Shown here: positions 8,801 to 18,703 of the stretch, in pieces
How the letters are laid out: each line of letters begins with the position of its first letter
How positions within the stretch are numbered: position 1 is the first letter of the stretch
Source: a bacterium
GTDB taxonomy: Bacteria; UBA10199; 2-02-FULL-44-16; JAAZCA01
Length of the DNA stretch: 64,000 nucleotides
Assembly: GCA_963674695.2 (NCBI GenBank)
Contig: CAXXGI010000003.1
Coordinates: 416,001-480,000 of the forward strand
Direction of reading: 5' to 3'
Notes under the pieces: generated by a model
Databases searched by the model: none
What the model was told of the DNA's origin: nothing
The model's input: only the letters and a program-made list of their open reading frames with translations
Made by a program: the position numbers and the translations under genes

Positions 8801-10746
8801 TGCCCATCCATCAAGGGAAGCGTGAGAAAGAGGGTTGTTCCTGTTCCTTCCTCCGATTCAATCTGCAACGATCCTTCAAAGCTGCGCAGGATGCTCGCGA
8901 TGACGGTGAGGCCTAACCCCAATCCGCCGCCGCCGGTCGTGTAGCGGCCGGTCGAATGGAAGCTCGCGTCCTTCACCTCGAAGAAGGGTTCGACGACCTC
9001 GGTGATATACGTCTGGGGAATGCCCTCGCCCTGATCGCGAACGATGATCGTGGCGCTTGCCTCCTGGACGTCGACATCGATATCGATCGCCTTGCCATCA
9101 GGGGAATACTTGATGGCGTTGGACAGCGCCTCTTCCAAAAGAATACGCACGGCCTCCTGCTTGCATCGAACGGTGGCCCAGATGCGCTCTCCGGCGCGAA
9201 GCGTAATCGCACGTCGTTCAGCTGCGGGTGTGAGCACCTGCACCATATCGTGAATAATGGGCCCCAGATCAGCGCAATCGGCGTCTTCGTCGTCGCTTCG
9301 CAACTCTCCGGCGATGGCGCTCGAGGCACGGGTGAGACGTTCGACGAGATTCTTAACCTTTTCGATGCTCGTTCCGAGCGCATCGAAGCATTCGCGAAAC
9401 TCCTCCGATGTTTTGGTTTCATCGATGGCCTCCGCCTGCATCAGGTCATAGAAGCCGACCACGCCGTTCATCGGCGTGCGCAGCTCATGGCTGATGATGC
9501 GCAGGAGTTGCCGTCGCACGAAGGCGATGCGCGAGAGTCGGTCGTGGGCCTCCTTCGTGGCTACGCTCATCTGGTTGAAGGAGTCGGTCAAACTCCCGAT
9601 CTCATCGTCGGCGTGTTTGTCGATGGTGATGCCCAACTCACCCTGTGCAATGCGGTTCGATGCACGGGTCAGCGCCAGGATCGGTGCGATGAGTTTGTGA
9701 ATGGTGAAGAAGATGCCGAGTGCCATGAGTCCCATCGACAGGGCGATGACGATCAGGATGTTGTTGCGCAGTTCATAGACGCTGCCATAGATGTGATCCC
9801 GATTGCCCATCATCAGCACGCGCCAGCCGGAGGCGGCGAGCACACGGTGCATGAGCAGATGACGGCCATGGTCAATGATGTCGTCACCGCTGCGTTCCAG
9901 CAGTTGTCGGATTTGAGGGAGGCCGAGGTCGGGTTGGATGGCGTCATCGCCGCTGCGTAGGATGATCTGATCGTTGCGATCGAGGATCTCGAGCAGCGCA
10001 TGTGTTCCGGGATCGACGACGATATCGCTTAAGAAATCAGCAGACGTCGTTATGCGCAGGACGCCGCGGACGGTTTCTCCCACACGCAACGGCATGGCGA
10101 TCGTGATCAGTTCCTTTTCGATCTGTTCTTCTCGCCCTTGAAAGGAGATCGGATCGTAGGTTCGAAGAAAAAGCGACGTGGGTCGTGGCGGGGTGACGAC
10201 GGTCTTTCCTGCGAGCGCTGCCTGAAACCAGTCTTCGTCCTTGCGGGCGAGTTTTTCGGAGCCGGTGGCTTCAAAGTCGCGGTCGTTTGAACCGCCCAGA
10301 TAGATGTGCTGACGCACATCCCCTTCAGGCGAGATGAATTCAATCGAGGGAAAGTCGCCGTCATCGACGATGGCTCGACCGCCTTCGTTGGCCAGCAGCC
10401 CGATCGGGAAGTTGACCAGTCCCCCGACCTCGGGTTCACCCAAAAGGAGGCCGTTTCCCTTTTGGAAATTGAAGACGGTCACATCGACATCGCTCTTATA
10501 ATGCGGGGCGACGGAGAACTTGATGAAGATCGGGTCGCGCAAGAGGGTTTCGATCTCCCGGATGCGGCTGTCCAGCGTGCTCTCGATCTGGGTTGCGACC
10601 AGGTCGATGGTTCGCCTGAAGTCGCGTTCAGCCTGTTCGCTTAAAATATCGCTGCTGAAGTGATAGCCGACAAACCCTAGCGCCGCCAATGCGATGAGCT
10701 GGATCGATAAAATCGGAACGAGAAATTTCGTCTGCAATTTTTTCAT
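8755..10746 (-). CDS. Sensor histidine kinase (extracellular Cache-like domain, HAMP, HisKA, HATPase)
   Basis: ISHELRTPMNG, NAIKYS, DQGEGI, GLGLGL; HAMP DEIGSLTDSFNQM. Confidence 0.9.
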   Translation of the reverse strand: MKKLQTKFLVPILSIQLIALAALGFVGYHFSSDILSEQAERDFRRTIDLVATQIESTLDSRIREIETLLRDPIFIKFSVAPHYKSDVDVTVFNFQKGNGLLLGEPEVGGLVNFPIGLLANEGGRAIVDDGDFPSIEFISPEGDVRQHIYLGGSNDRDFEATGSEKLARKDEDWFQAALAGKTVVTPPRPTSLFLRTYDPISFQGREEQIEKELITIAMPLRVGETVRGVLRITTSADFLSDIVVDPGTHALLEILDRNDQIILRSGDDAIQPDLGLPQIRQLLERSGDDIIDHGRHLLMHRVLAASGWRVLMMGNRDHIYGSVYELRNNILIVIALSMGLMALGIFFTIHKLIAPILALTRASNRIAQGELGITIDKHADDEIGSLTDSFNQMSVATKEAHDRLSRIAFVRRQLLRIISHELRTPMNGVVGFYDLMQAEAIDETKTSEEFRECFDALGTSIEKVKNLVERLTRASSAIAGELRSDDEDADCADLGPIIHDMVQVLTPAAERRAITLRAGERIWATVRCKQEAVRILLEEALSNAIKYSPDGKAIDIDVDVQEASATIIVRDQGEGIPQTYITEVVEPFFEVKDASFHSTGRYTTGGGGLGLGLTVIASILRSFEGSLQIESEEGTGTTLFLTLPLMDGHQSEPTSVIPLVGSG

Positions 10747-10752
10747 GTCTGC

Positions 10753-10780
10753 TCACCGTTCACCGTTTACGGTTCACGGT
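10753..10780. repeat. Heptamer short tandem repeat (TYACSGT)n
   Basis: TCACCGT TCACCGT TTACGGT TCACGGT, overlapping the stop of the upstream solute-binding gene. Confidence 0.65.
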
Positions 10781-12197
10781 AATATCCCGCCTGCGTCATC
10801 AGTTTTGTTACGGCAGCGTTGAGCTGTTTGAGCGCTACCGGGGGTGTTTTTTTGCCCGCGATGCATTCGGAGGTCGCCGTTCCCAGGAGACTTGCGATGA
10901 CCGAATATTCGGGCAGGCGCGGCATATAGCGCCAGTCGATGAGCGCCACGTTTTCTTCTAATACATAGCCTTCGTCCGGTGCTCGATAGGGGTGGAGTTT
11001 CCGGTACTGTGCACTCTCGCGGAGCGACTGCATCGGGATGGAGGTGACGGCGTTTGTGACGACATCCTCCATGAACGCCTTTCCCGCGATGAATTTTAGG
11101 AACTCCCAGGCCGCGGCCTTGTTCTTCGAATGACGGTTGATACCATAGCCCATCGAGAAGGCCTCCTGCACACATCCCTTTGAACCGCGTGCAGGCAGGG
11201 CAGCGGCATAGCGATCGTGGAGCTTGAGATCCGGTCGATCCACGGCGCCGACGTTGAAACCGGAATAGAGCAGCATCGCCACGCGCCCCTCGCGGCCATC
11301 CTGCACGAGTTCATACCAGGTATAGTCCTGACTCGCCGGGGGGCCATACCGTTTGAGGAGATCGCAGTAAACGGTAAATCCCTTGCGGAATGCCGACGTG
11401 TCGAAGGCAGGACGCGCCTTCTTTGTGCGGATTTCTGCCGCGGTCGCCGCACCCCCTTCAAACCAGGTGCCGCCGAAGGCCCAGGCAAACCCCGAGACGA
11501 GGATCGCCGGTTCCTCGCCGGCCCGCCCGCGCCCGGCCACACCGTAGAGGTCGATCGTCCCATCGCCGTTCGTGTCGCGCGTGAGCGTGCGCGCGGCGGC
11601 GACGAGTTCGTCGATCGTGCGCGGGACCTTCACGCCGTACTGTGCGAAGAGGTCCTTGCGGTAGGTCAGTGCCGCGCCAAAGCTCTCGGTCGGCAAGGCG
11701 TAGAGCTTATCATTATATGAGAGCGCCTCCAAAAATGTCGGATAGAAAGCGGATCGATCGAAGGTGGCATCCTTGGCGATGAAGGGATCGAGCGGTTCCA
11801 GATATCCCGCGGCGATGTGCTCGGGCAAAATCCAAACATCGGTGAGCACCAGATCGTATTGCCCCGCAGCTGAGGCCAGGTCGATAAGGACCTTTTCGCG
11901 CACGACATCCTCGGAGAGGAGTTTCCACGAGACCTTGATTCCCGTTTCTTTCTCAAAGCGCGGGACCTCACGCTTGAGCGTGGGCAGATAGTCCTCGTTC
12001 CAGGTGATGAACGTGATGTGCGGGTTTTTGTTCGCACCATCGGTGGTCTGTGCCGTGACGGTTTCGAGGGGCTTGGGCTCCGGTGACGGCGCGAAGCGCG
12101 AACAGCCGGAGAGGGCAGAGAGAAACAGGATGGAGAACAGCACCGCCAGGAGCAGGGTCATGGGGGCGCAGCGCTGCCGGTGCGAGGAAACATTCAT
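10767..12197 (-). CDS. Sugar-type extracellular solute-binding lipoprotein (SBP family 1)
   Basis: Lipobox LSGC, FEKETGIKV, YALP...YRKDLF..YG..VP.T.DEL, KAAAWEFLKF; start could be 12161. Confidence 0.9.
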   Translation of the reverse strand: MNVSSHRQRCAPMTLLLAVLFSILFLSALSGCSRFAPSPEPKPLETVTAQTTDGANKNPHITFITWNEDYLPTLKREVPRFEKETGIKVSWKLLSEDVVREKVLIDLASAAGQYDLVLTDVWILPEHIAAGYLEPLDPFIAKDATFDRSAFYPTFLEALSYNDKLYALPTESFGAALTYRKDLFAQYGVKVPRTIDELVAAARTLTRDTNGDGTIDLYGVAGRGRAGEEPAILVSGFAWAFGGTWFEGGAATAAEIRTKKARPAFDTSAFRKGFTVYCDLLKRYGPPASQDYTWYELVQDGREGRVAMLLYSGFNVGAVDRPDLKLHDRYAAALPARGSKGCVQEAFSMGYGINRHSKNKAAAWEFLKFIAGKAFMEDVVTNAVTSIPMQSLRESAQYRKLHPYRAPDEGYVLEENVALIDWRYMPRLPEYSVIASLLGTATSECIAGKKTPPVALKQLNAAVTKLMTQAGYYREP

Positions 12198-12347
12198 AAC
12201 TGCCAGAATACAAAAGGGAAACGGCCGTGGCAAGGGGGATGGTGAATATGAGCGACATAGAAGTGTCGTATAAGAAATGCTTGAATTTTTCCAGGGGGGT
12301 GTCTAAAACCGCTGCACTTAATCTCTCATATACCAGAGGAGGCGATC

Positions 12348-14432
12348 ATGATCGGAGCGTGTGTCAATTCAGGAGGGGCAAGCATGCTGTTCGGCGCAGG
12401 TGCGGGTTTCGGTGCGACGGATGCCGGAGGGAATGAGATGACTTCGCTGCAGGATCTGCCTCCTGCCGACGAGGGTTTCTTTTTCGCGGCGGCGCCCGGT
12501 GAAGCAGGCGCAGATGAAGGCGAGACCGTGCGCATGGGCGGTGGTTCCGGCGGCGGCAACGGGGGTGGGTCGTCAAGTGCGCGTTCCCTCAGCGACAGGA
12601 TCTTCATCACGATTTCGGATCTCATCAAGCGGAATTCTTCTGAGGGCGACACGAAGGGGTTGACGGCGCTCCTCGACGATATCACCCCCCTGATCTCTCC
12701 CAGAGATGCAGGAGCAAAACCCAATTTTTGGGAAGCGGCGCTCCTGATGGGGCAACATTTCAATCGGAATCCGGTTGCACTCGATATCCGCAAGGCCCTC
12801 GTCGGCCTCATCGCCGATGTCCAGACCTATCAGGGCGATCGGGCTCGCACCTCCACTGCGCCGGTGGCGACCATTTTCGGAACATCGGGCTGGCGCGACC
12901 GGATCGGCGAAGCCTTCAGCGTGAGCAACGTGCAGAAGGTGACCCGCGGTATCATCGAGATGATGCAGACGCCGGATTTCTTGAATGGGAACGATTTTTT
13001 CACCTTCGAGGAGGTCAAGGAGAAGGGGGTCGTCGTCTTTCGCGATAACCGTTTCATGGGGCGTGCGTTCATGGATGCAGCCATCCGCGAGCTGACCTCC
13101 GCAGGGATCCGCGTCTACGATGCAGGGGAAACGCCCACCGGTGTTGGATCTGCGCTCGTGACGGAGCTGGATGCGGCCGGCTCCATCAACTTTACCCCCT
13201 CGCACAACCCGATGGATTATGCCGGAATCAAGTTCAACCCGCGCGACGGGGGCCCCGCAGGACCGGAGTTCACGAATCTCATCGAACAATATGCGAACGA
13301 GTATATGCAGCCGGATCGGATCTTTGCTCCGGCCGATCCCAGTCAGGATCGGCTGCAGGCGTTGGTCGAGACCATCGATGCGAAAGAGATCTATAACGCA
13401 TTCCTCGCCAAGAGCGAGATCTTCGATGTGGGCGCCTTGCGGACATGGCTGACTGAGAACAAAGAAGACCTCTCGATCGTCGTCGACTATATGCATGGGT
13501 CGGCGCGTGGCTATGTGGAAGCGGTTTTGGGCAAGGACGTGGTCGAACAGCTCATGGCGAGCGGTTCGATCGTCTTTCTCAACACGGAGGATGACACGAC
13601 CTTCCACGGCATCAAGCCGGAGCCGAGCCTGGCGAATCAGATGCCGCTCATCGAACGGCTTCAGGAGGCGAACCGGAAGTATTCGCTCGCGGTCTTCATG
13701 GATCCGGATGCCGATCGCATTCGGTTCGGAGACAAGGTGCAGGATCTGTCGATGAACCTCTTCGGCCCGATGGCGTATGCGAGTCTCCTCGACGACGGAT
13801 TTTCGGGCGCGATCGCGAGCACTGTTGCCAGTTCTCCTTTCGGCTTTGCGATCGCTCGCGCAAATGACCAGCCTGTCATCGAGACCAAGGTGGGATTCAA
13901 ATACCTGCGTGATGGTCTCATCAAGTTCGAGGAGTCGGACGGAATATCCGGCAAGGGACATACGCTCGAGAAGGATGCTCTCTTCGGATTCCTCATGGCC
14001 GTTCGCGTCATGATGTCGACGGGCAAGAGCCTGTCGGAATATTATGCCGAATTGCAGGAGCGTTATGGGTATTTCTACCCGACGCGCAGCGGTGTGGATG
14101 TGAAGGGCGTGGATCCCTCGGCATGGAAGGCGTACAAAGGCAAGGTCGTCCCCGTCCTCCAGAACGACGTGGTCAAGGTGGGCGACAAACTCATGGTCGG
14201 CGATCAGGAGCGGACGGTCACAGAGGTGGTGACCAAGGATGGCCTCAAGGTCGTCCTCGACGATCGCAGCGTCCTGGTCCTGCGCGGTTCCGGAACGGAG
14301 CCCAAATTTCGCAACTACGTCACCGTGGCCTCCGATGGCTCCATCGAGGATGTCGCGGCGGCACAGGCCGCGTATGCCAAGGCCAATGCTGAGCTCCTCG
14401 ACCGTGCTCGCGAGCTGGTGGACGGAGTATAA
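12348..14432 (+). CDS. Phosphoglucomutase/phosphomannomutase with long N-terminal extension
   Basis: FGTSGWR, TPSHNP catalytic Ser, DPDADR metal loop, RGSGTEPKFR. Confidence 0.9.
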   Translation: MIGACVNSGGASMLFGAGAGFGATDAGGNEMTSLQDLPPADEGFFFAAAPGEAGADEGETVRMGGGSGGGNGGGSSSARSLSDRIFITISDLIKRNSSEGDTKGLTALLDDITPLISPRDAGAKPNFWEAALLMGQHFNRNPVALDIRKALVGLIADVQTYQGDRARTSTAPVATIFGTSGWRDRIGEAFSVSNVQKVTRGIIEMMQTPDFLNGNDFFTFEEVKEKGVVVFRDNRFMGRAFMDAAIRELTSAGIRVYDAGETPTGVGSALVTELDAAGSINFTPSHNPMDYAGIKFNPRDGGPAGPEFTNLIEQYANEYMQPDRIFAPADPSQDRLQALVETIDAKEIYNAFLAKSEIFDVGALRTWLTENKEDLSIVVDYMHGSARGYVEAVLGKDVVEQLMASGSIVFLNTEDDTTFHGIKPEPSLANQMPLIERLQEANRKYSLAVFMDPDADRIRFGDKVQDLSMNLFGPMAYASLLDDGFSGAIASTVASSPFGFAIARANDQPVIETKVGFKYLRDGLIKFEESDGISGKGHTLEKDALFGFLMAVRVMMSTGKSLSEYYAELQERYGYFYPTRSGVDVKGVDPSAWKAYKGKVVPVLQNDVVKVGDKLMVGDQERTVTEVVTKDGLKVVLDDRSVLVLRGSGTEPKFRNYVTVASDGSIEDVAAAQAAYAKANAELLDRARELVDGV

Positions 14433-14462
14433 GCTCAAAATCGTGAGCACTGCGATACAACG

Positions 14463-14494
14463 AAAAAACCGCCCCTTCGCAGGGCGGTTTTTTT
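14463..14494. terminator. Bidirectional intrinsic terminator
   Basis: A6-CCGCCC...GGGCGG-T7 between convergent genes. Confidence 0.85.
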
Positions 14495-14525
14495 ATATCG
14501 TTGTCATCCCTTCGCGGCGACAGCA

Positions 14526-15527
14526 TTACTTTCCTGTCTCTGCGGCTTCGGGGTGTTCGGCGATGAAGGCGACAAATTTCTTGATGAGCTCGGCATCCCA
14601 GAAGCCCTTCTCGGTCTCCTCCTCAAGCGTCTTGATCGTCTCCTCGATCGAGAAGGCGTGTTTGTAGGGGCGTTCGGTCGTCATCGCATCGAAGGCATCC
14701 AAAATTTGAAACACGCGCGCGAGATACGGAATGGAGTCGGCGAGCAGGCCATCGGGATAACCGAAGCCGCTCCATTTTTCGTGATGATGCCGGATGATCG
14801 GGCAGACATCATTGAGTGATTTCAGCGGATGACAGATCTCTTCGCCCAGGATCGGGTGCGTGCGCATGATCTCCCATTCCTCCTCATCGAGCTTTCCGGG
14901 CTTGAGGAGGACCGCATCCGGAATGCCGATCTTGCCGACATCGTGCAGGATGCTGGCGCGCTCGAGCGTACGGACCTGACGGTCTTCGAGGCCGAGGTAT
15001 TTCCCAAATGCTTGAGAGAGGCGGATGAGTCGATCGCAGTGATCGCCGGTGGTCGAATCTTTCGCTTCCACCGCACGCGCGAGCGACAGCACCACCGCTT
15101 CGGCATGATCGAGTTCATCATTGAGGCGTTTGACCTGTGCGAGCGCATGCACGCGGGCCAGGAGTTCGAGTCGATCGATCGGTTTGGAGAGAAACTCGTC
15201 GCAGCCGGCCTGGATCCCCTTGATGCGATCCTCTTTCTCCTGCAGCGCGGTGACGATCACCACCGGGACGAGTCGCGTCGACTGGCTCCCCTTGAGACGA
15301 CGGCAGACCTCGAAGCCATCCATCTCGGGCATCATGACATCCAGGAGGATGACGTCCGGCAGTTCCTTCCAGACCTCGTCGATGGCCTGCTGGCCTGAGG
15401 TGCAGGTGCGCACGATGCAGTCATGGGGTTTCAGCATCTTCTCGATGACCATGAGGTTGGTCGTGTCGTCGTCCACGGCCAGGATGGTGATGGGGGTGTC
15501 GAATTTCGGGAGATTGAGTTTTTCCAT
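14526..15527 (-). CDS. Response regulator with HD-GYP phosphodiesterase domain (RpfG-like)
   Basis: REC (VDDD, LLDVMMP, SKP); HDVGK, HHEKWSGFGYP. Confidence 0.93.
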   Translation of the reverse strand: MEKLNLPKFDTPITILAVDDDTTNLMVIEKMLKPHDCIVRTCTSGQQAIDEVWKELPDVILLDVMMPEMDGFEVCRRLKGSQSTRLVPVVIVTALQEKEDRIKGIQAGCDEFLSKPIDRLELLARVHALAQVKRLNDELDHAEAVVLSLARAVEAKDSTTGDHCDRLIRLSQAFGKYLGLEDRQVRTLERASILHDVGKIGIPDAVLLKPGKLDEEEWEIMRTHPILGEEICHPLKSLNDVCPIIRHHHEKWSGFGYPDGLLADSIPYLARVFQILDAFDAMTTERPYKHAFSIEETIKTLEEETEKGFWDAELIKKFVAFIAEHPEAAETGK

Positions 15528-15633
15528 AGGCGTGAATGTACTGAAGTTTCCCAGGGGCGTCAACGGTTACGCCCTTCCGGGCGGCCTCGCTTCGGCTTGC
15601 TCCTGAGGCCCGCTTGATATATGGAAGAGGGCG

Positions 15634-16623
15634 ATGACACCCAAAGACGAAATCAGCGCCCTCTCGCTCCTGTCGGGGGGGCTCGATAGCTTGCTCGCCG
15701 TCAAGATCCTGCAGGAGCAGGGCGTGCGCGTGGTGGGACTCACCTTCACCACGCCCTTTTTTGGTGCCGAGAACGCGCGACGGGGGGCCGAGCAGCTCGG
15801 CATCGAGCTCATCGTCCTGGATATCACTGATGAACACCTCAAAATGGTGAAGAATCCGCCGCATGGATACGGCAAGCAGATGAACCCGTGTATCGACTGC
15901 CATATGATGATGGTGCGCAAGGCGGGAGAGATCCTTATGCGCGACGGGTATGACTGCATCGCCACGGGTGAGGTGTTGGGGGAGCGGCCGATGTCGCAGA
16001 ACCGCCAGTCGCTCGATACCGTGGCGCGACAGTCGGGATATCCAGATGTTGTCCTGCGTCCGCTCTCGGCCCTCTTGCTGGAACCCACGCTGCCCGAACG
16101 CGATGGTCGCATCGACCGCGAGCGCTTGCTGGCGATCGAGGGGCGCAGCCGAAAACCCCAGATGGAGTTGGCTCAAAAATACGGCATTCGCACCTATGTC
16201 CAGCCGGCCGGCGGGTGTCTGCTCACCGACCCGCGCTTCTCCGATCGTTTGCGCGAGCTCATTCAGAAGAAGCCGGATGCGACGCCGGACGACATGTGGC
16301 TTCTGCGATGTGGTCGGCATTTTCGGCTGTCCTCCGGGGCCAAGGCGGTGGTCGGGAGAAATGAGCAGGACAACGGGCGGATCGAGGCGTGTGCGAAAGA
16401 GGGCGACGCGCTCATCATCTCCGATGTGACGCCGGGACCGGTGGTCCTGCTGCGCGGTTTGATTCAGGATGCGGATATACAGATTGCAGTAGAGCTCTGC
16501 GCGAGTTTTTCCGATCGCGTCGAAGGGGATATCCACCTCGAACTGCGTCTCCCCGGCGGGGAGGTGCGGCATGTTTCGGTGCAACAGCGAGCGCGCGAAT
16601 CGTTTGAACAGATGCGCATTTAG
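15634..16623 (+). CDS. ThiI/MnmA-related PP-loop tRNA sulfurtransferase-like protein
   Basis: SGGLDS PP-loop, NPCIDC, GEVLGERPMSQ, PAGGCLLT, GRHFRL. Confidence 0.8.
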   Translation: MTPKDEISALSLLSGGLDSLLAVKILQEQGVRVVGLTFTTPFFGAENARRGAEQLGIELIVLDITDEHLKMVKNPPHGYGKQMNPCIDCHMMMVRKAGEILMRDGYDCIATGEVLGERPMSQNRQSLDTVARQSGYPDVVLRPLSALLLEPTLPERDGRIDRERLLAIEGRSRKPQMELAQKYGIRTYVQPAGGCLLTDPRFSDRLRELIQKKPDATPDDMWLLRCGRHFRLSSGAKAVVGRNEQDNGRIEACAKEGDALIISDVTPGPVVLLRGLIQDADIQIAVELCASFSDRVEGDIHLELRLPGGEVRHVSVQQRARESFEQMRI

Positions 16624-16754
16624 AACCTGTCGGAAAATGTCGATTTTACTGATTTTTGTCATTCCCGAGGAATCGGGAATCCCGATTTTTCAAGCACTTC
16701 GAGATTCCCGACTCCTCGGGAATGACAACAAAAGCTCTTTTCCCGACAGGTTCA
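16622..16754. mobile_element. MITE family A (133 bp), opposite orientation, REP doublet cargo
   Basis: TIR AGAACCTGTCGGAAAA / TTTCCCGACAGGTTCA, ATTT duplicated on both sides; spacer closely matches the reverse complement of that in the 5224 copy. Confidence 0.78.
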
Positions 16755-16777
16755 ATTTGAGATGGGAGTGTGATGCG

Positions 16778-17311
16778 ATGAAGAGGGATGAGACATATTA
16801 CGACATTTTGGGTATCACGCCGACGGTGCCACAGGAGATCATCACGGTCGTCTATCGAGCCTGGATGATGACGCTCAAGGTGCACCCCGATCTCGGCGGC
16901 GATGAGGATCTGGCCAAGAGGGTGAATGAGGCCTACGAGGTCCTCAAGGATCCGGAGCGTCGGTATGAGTACGATGTTCTGCTCAAGCGTCGGCTTGGGC
17001 CCCAGGGACTCTCCCCTGAAAAACGTCGCGCACCCCGCACGACCGTCGTGACGCCGATTGCCTACTGCGTCCTGCCCGAGAGCGAGTGGCAGAAGGCGGA
17101 GACGATCGACGCCTGCATCATGGGGTTGGGGCTGCACACCTCATCTGAGCTGGTGGTCGGGTCGCATGTGGCGATCGCCTTTCCGGGTCGCACGGAGAAC
17201 GCGGTCGAAGCGATTGTGCGCTGGTCGAATGTGAAGGGCGAACGGTGGATCGGCGGGATCATGTTCACCGCGCCCGTTCCGGACATTCTCTTTCGTCTCG
17301 GCCTGCGGTAG
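16778..17311 (+). CDS. J-domain (DnaJ) - PilZ fusion protein
   Basis: YYDILGI...KVHPD...NEAYEVLKDP.RR.EYD J-domain; EKRRAPR (RxxxR) and DACIMG PilZ-like motifs. Confidence 0.8.
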   Translation: MKRDETYYDILGITPTVPQEIITVVYRAWMMTLKVHPDLGGDEDLAKRVNEAYEVLKDPERRYEYDVLLKRRLGPQGLSPEKRRAPRTTVVTPIAYCVLPESEWQKAETIDACIMGLGLHTSSELVVGSHVAIAFPGRTENAVEAIVRWSNVKGERWIGGIMFTAPVPDILFRLGLR

Positions 17312-17380
17312 TCATCGGGGAAAAAAGTGGACGTCGGACAGGAAATGCAGTAGGGATAGTAACTGGGGGAGGGAGGCTCT

Positions 17381-18688
17381 ATGGCGATTGAGTCGATCCT
17401 ACCGGTCATTCCATTTCTGACGGCTCTTCTTCCCTCTGTTCGTTCGAAGGGTCTCCCCGCATCGGAACCGATATCAGCCACAGCATCTGCTTTTTCCATG
17501 GCCCCGCGCACGCGTCTGCCCTGGTCGGGGTTTGGGTGGCAAGCGCAGCCGCTGCTCGCGTCGAGCCGTCCATCGATGGTGAAGACGCGCGTGCACGCGG
17601 TGGCGAAGGTCTCGAAGGAGCCGATTGCCAAAGAGGATCTGCTCGAGCACATCCGCTGGCTTTCGCACGACAAACTCAAAGGGCGCGACAGCCCGTCGCC
17701 CGGCCTCGATGAGGCCGCGGGAATCATCGCCGAGGTCTGCGCGGCCTCCGGCCTGCGCGGAGCCAATGGCGGCAACGCGGCCAACCCCTATTTTCAGCCC
17801 TTCGATCTGTACGGCTATACCTCCTATGCCCAGCATCGACAGAACTATGAAGCCAAACTCAAGAAGCGCGATGGACTTGCTGCCCAACGGACACCGATGA
17901 AATATGAACCGGTGCGTCGCTTTCAATATGCCCTGCACGAGGATGAGTATCGGCGTCGCGCGGGCGATGCGAATTTTATCGGCACGAACTACACGAAGTG
18001 GGGCGGCGTGAACAACGTCGCCGCGGTCTTCGAGGGCTCCGACCCGAAGCTCAAGGATGAATACATCCTCGTCTCCGCGCACTACGATCATATCGGTGAA
18101 CGCCGCTGGGGCAGCGGCGATCGCATCTACAACGGCGCGGACGATAACGCCTCCGGGTCGGCAATCCTCTTGAGCGTGTTGCCGGCGCTCGCCGAACTCA
18201 AGCGCCAGGGCAAGGGGCCGAAGCGCTCCATCATCTTCGTCTGGACCGCAGCCGAGGAGAAGGGCCTGGTCGGGGCGGATTACTATTGGAAAAATCCGCT
18301 TGTTTCCATCAAGAGGACACGCGCAGCGATCAACGTCGACATGGTCGCGCGTCTCGGGGCAGAACATCTCTCCGTCATCGATATCGATAAAAAGAAGCGG
18401 CCGAACCTCTTTCGCCCGATCATCGCCGATGCGGGAAAACGTGCGGGATTCTCACGCATCGATCACAATATCGACGAATACCTCTTTCGCCAGGACGGCG
18501 GCATCTGGGTGAAGGCCGGGATCCCAACGATCTTCCTCTTCGAGGGCCTTCCGCTCAACCCCGACTACCACGGCGAGGACGACGAGATCGAGAAGATCAT
18601 CGAAGACAACGGCGGCGAGAAGGTCCATCGCGTCGCCAACCTCACCCTCGACCTCATCCTCCAGACGGCAAATGGCGACATTTCGTAA
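17381..18688 (+). CDS. M28-family aminopeptidase
   Basis: SAHYDH, NGADDNASG, AEEKGLVG, NVDM, DYH. Confidence 0.9.
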   Translation: MAIESILPVIPFLTALLPSVRSKGLPASEPISATASAFSMAPRTRLPWSGFGWQAQPLLASSRPSMVKTRVHAVAKVSKEPIAKEDLLEHIRWLSHDKLKGRDSPSPGLDEAAGIIAEVCAASGLRGANGGNAANPYFQPFDLYGYTSYAQHRQNYEAKLKKRDGLAAQRTPMKYEPVRRFQYALHEDEYRRRAGDANFIGTNYTKWGGVNNVAAVFEGSDPKLKDEYILVSAHYDHIGERRWGSGDRIYNGADDNASGSAILLSVLPALAELKRQGKGPKRSIIFVWTAAEEKGLVGADYYWKNPLVSIKRTRAAINVDMVARLGAEHLSVIDIDKKKRPNLFRPIIADAGKRAGFSRIDHNIDEYLFRQDGGIWVKAGIPTIFLFEGLPLNPDYHGEDDEIEKIIEDNGGEKVHRVANLTLDLILQTANGDIS

Positions 18689-18703
18689 AATGAATGCGAT
18701 CGC

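Noticed and set aside
12271-12310. Fifth sigma-28-like promoter before the phosphohexomutase (TGAATTT-N12-GTCTAAAA)
   Set aside because: Too many mismatches in both boxes to support.
16571-16777. N-terminal extension of the J-domain protein
   Set aside because: It is translated MITE/REP sequence; the real start is ATG 16778 after GGGAG.
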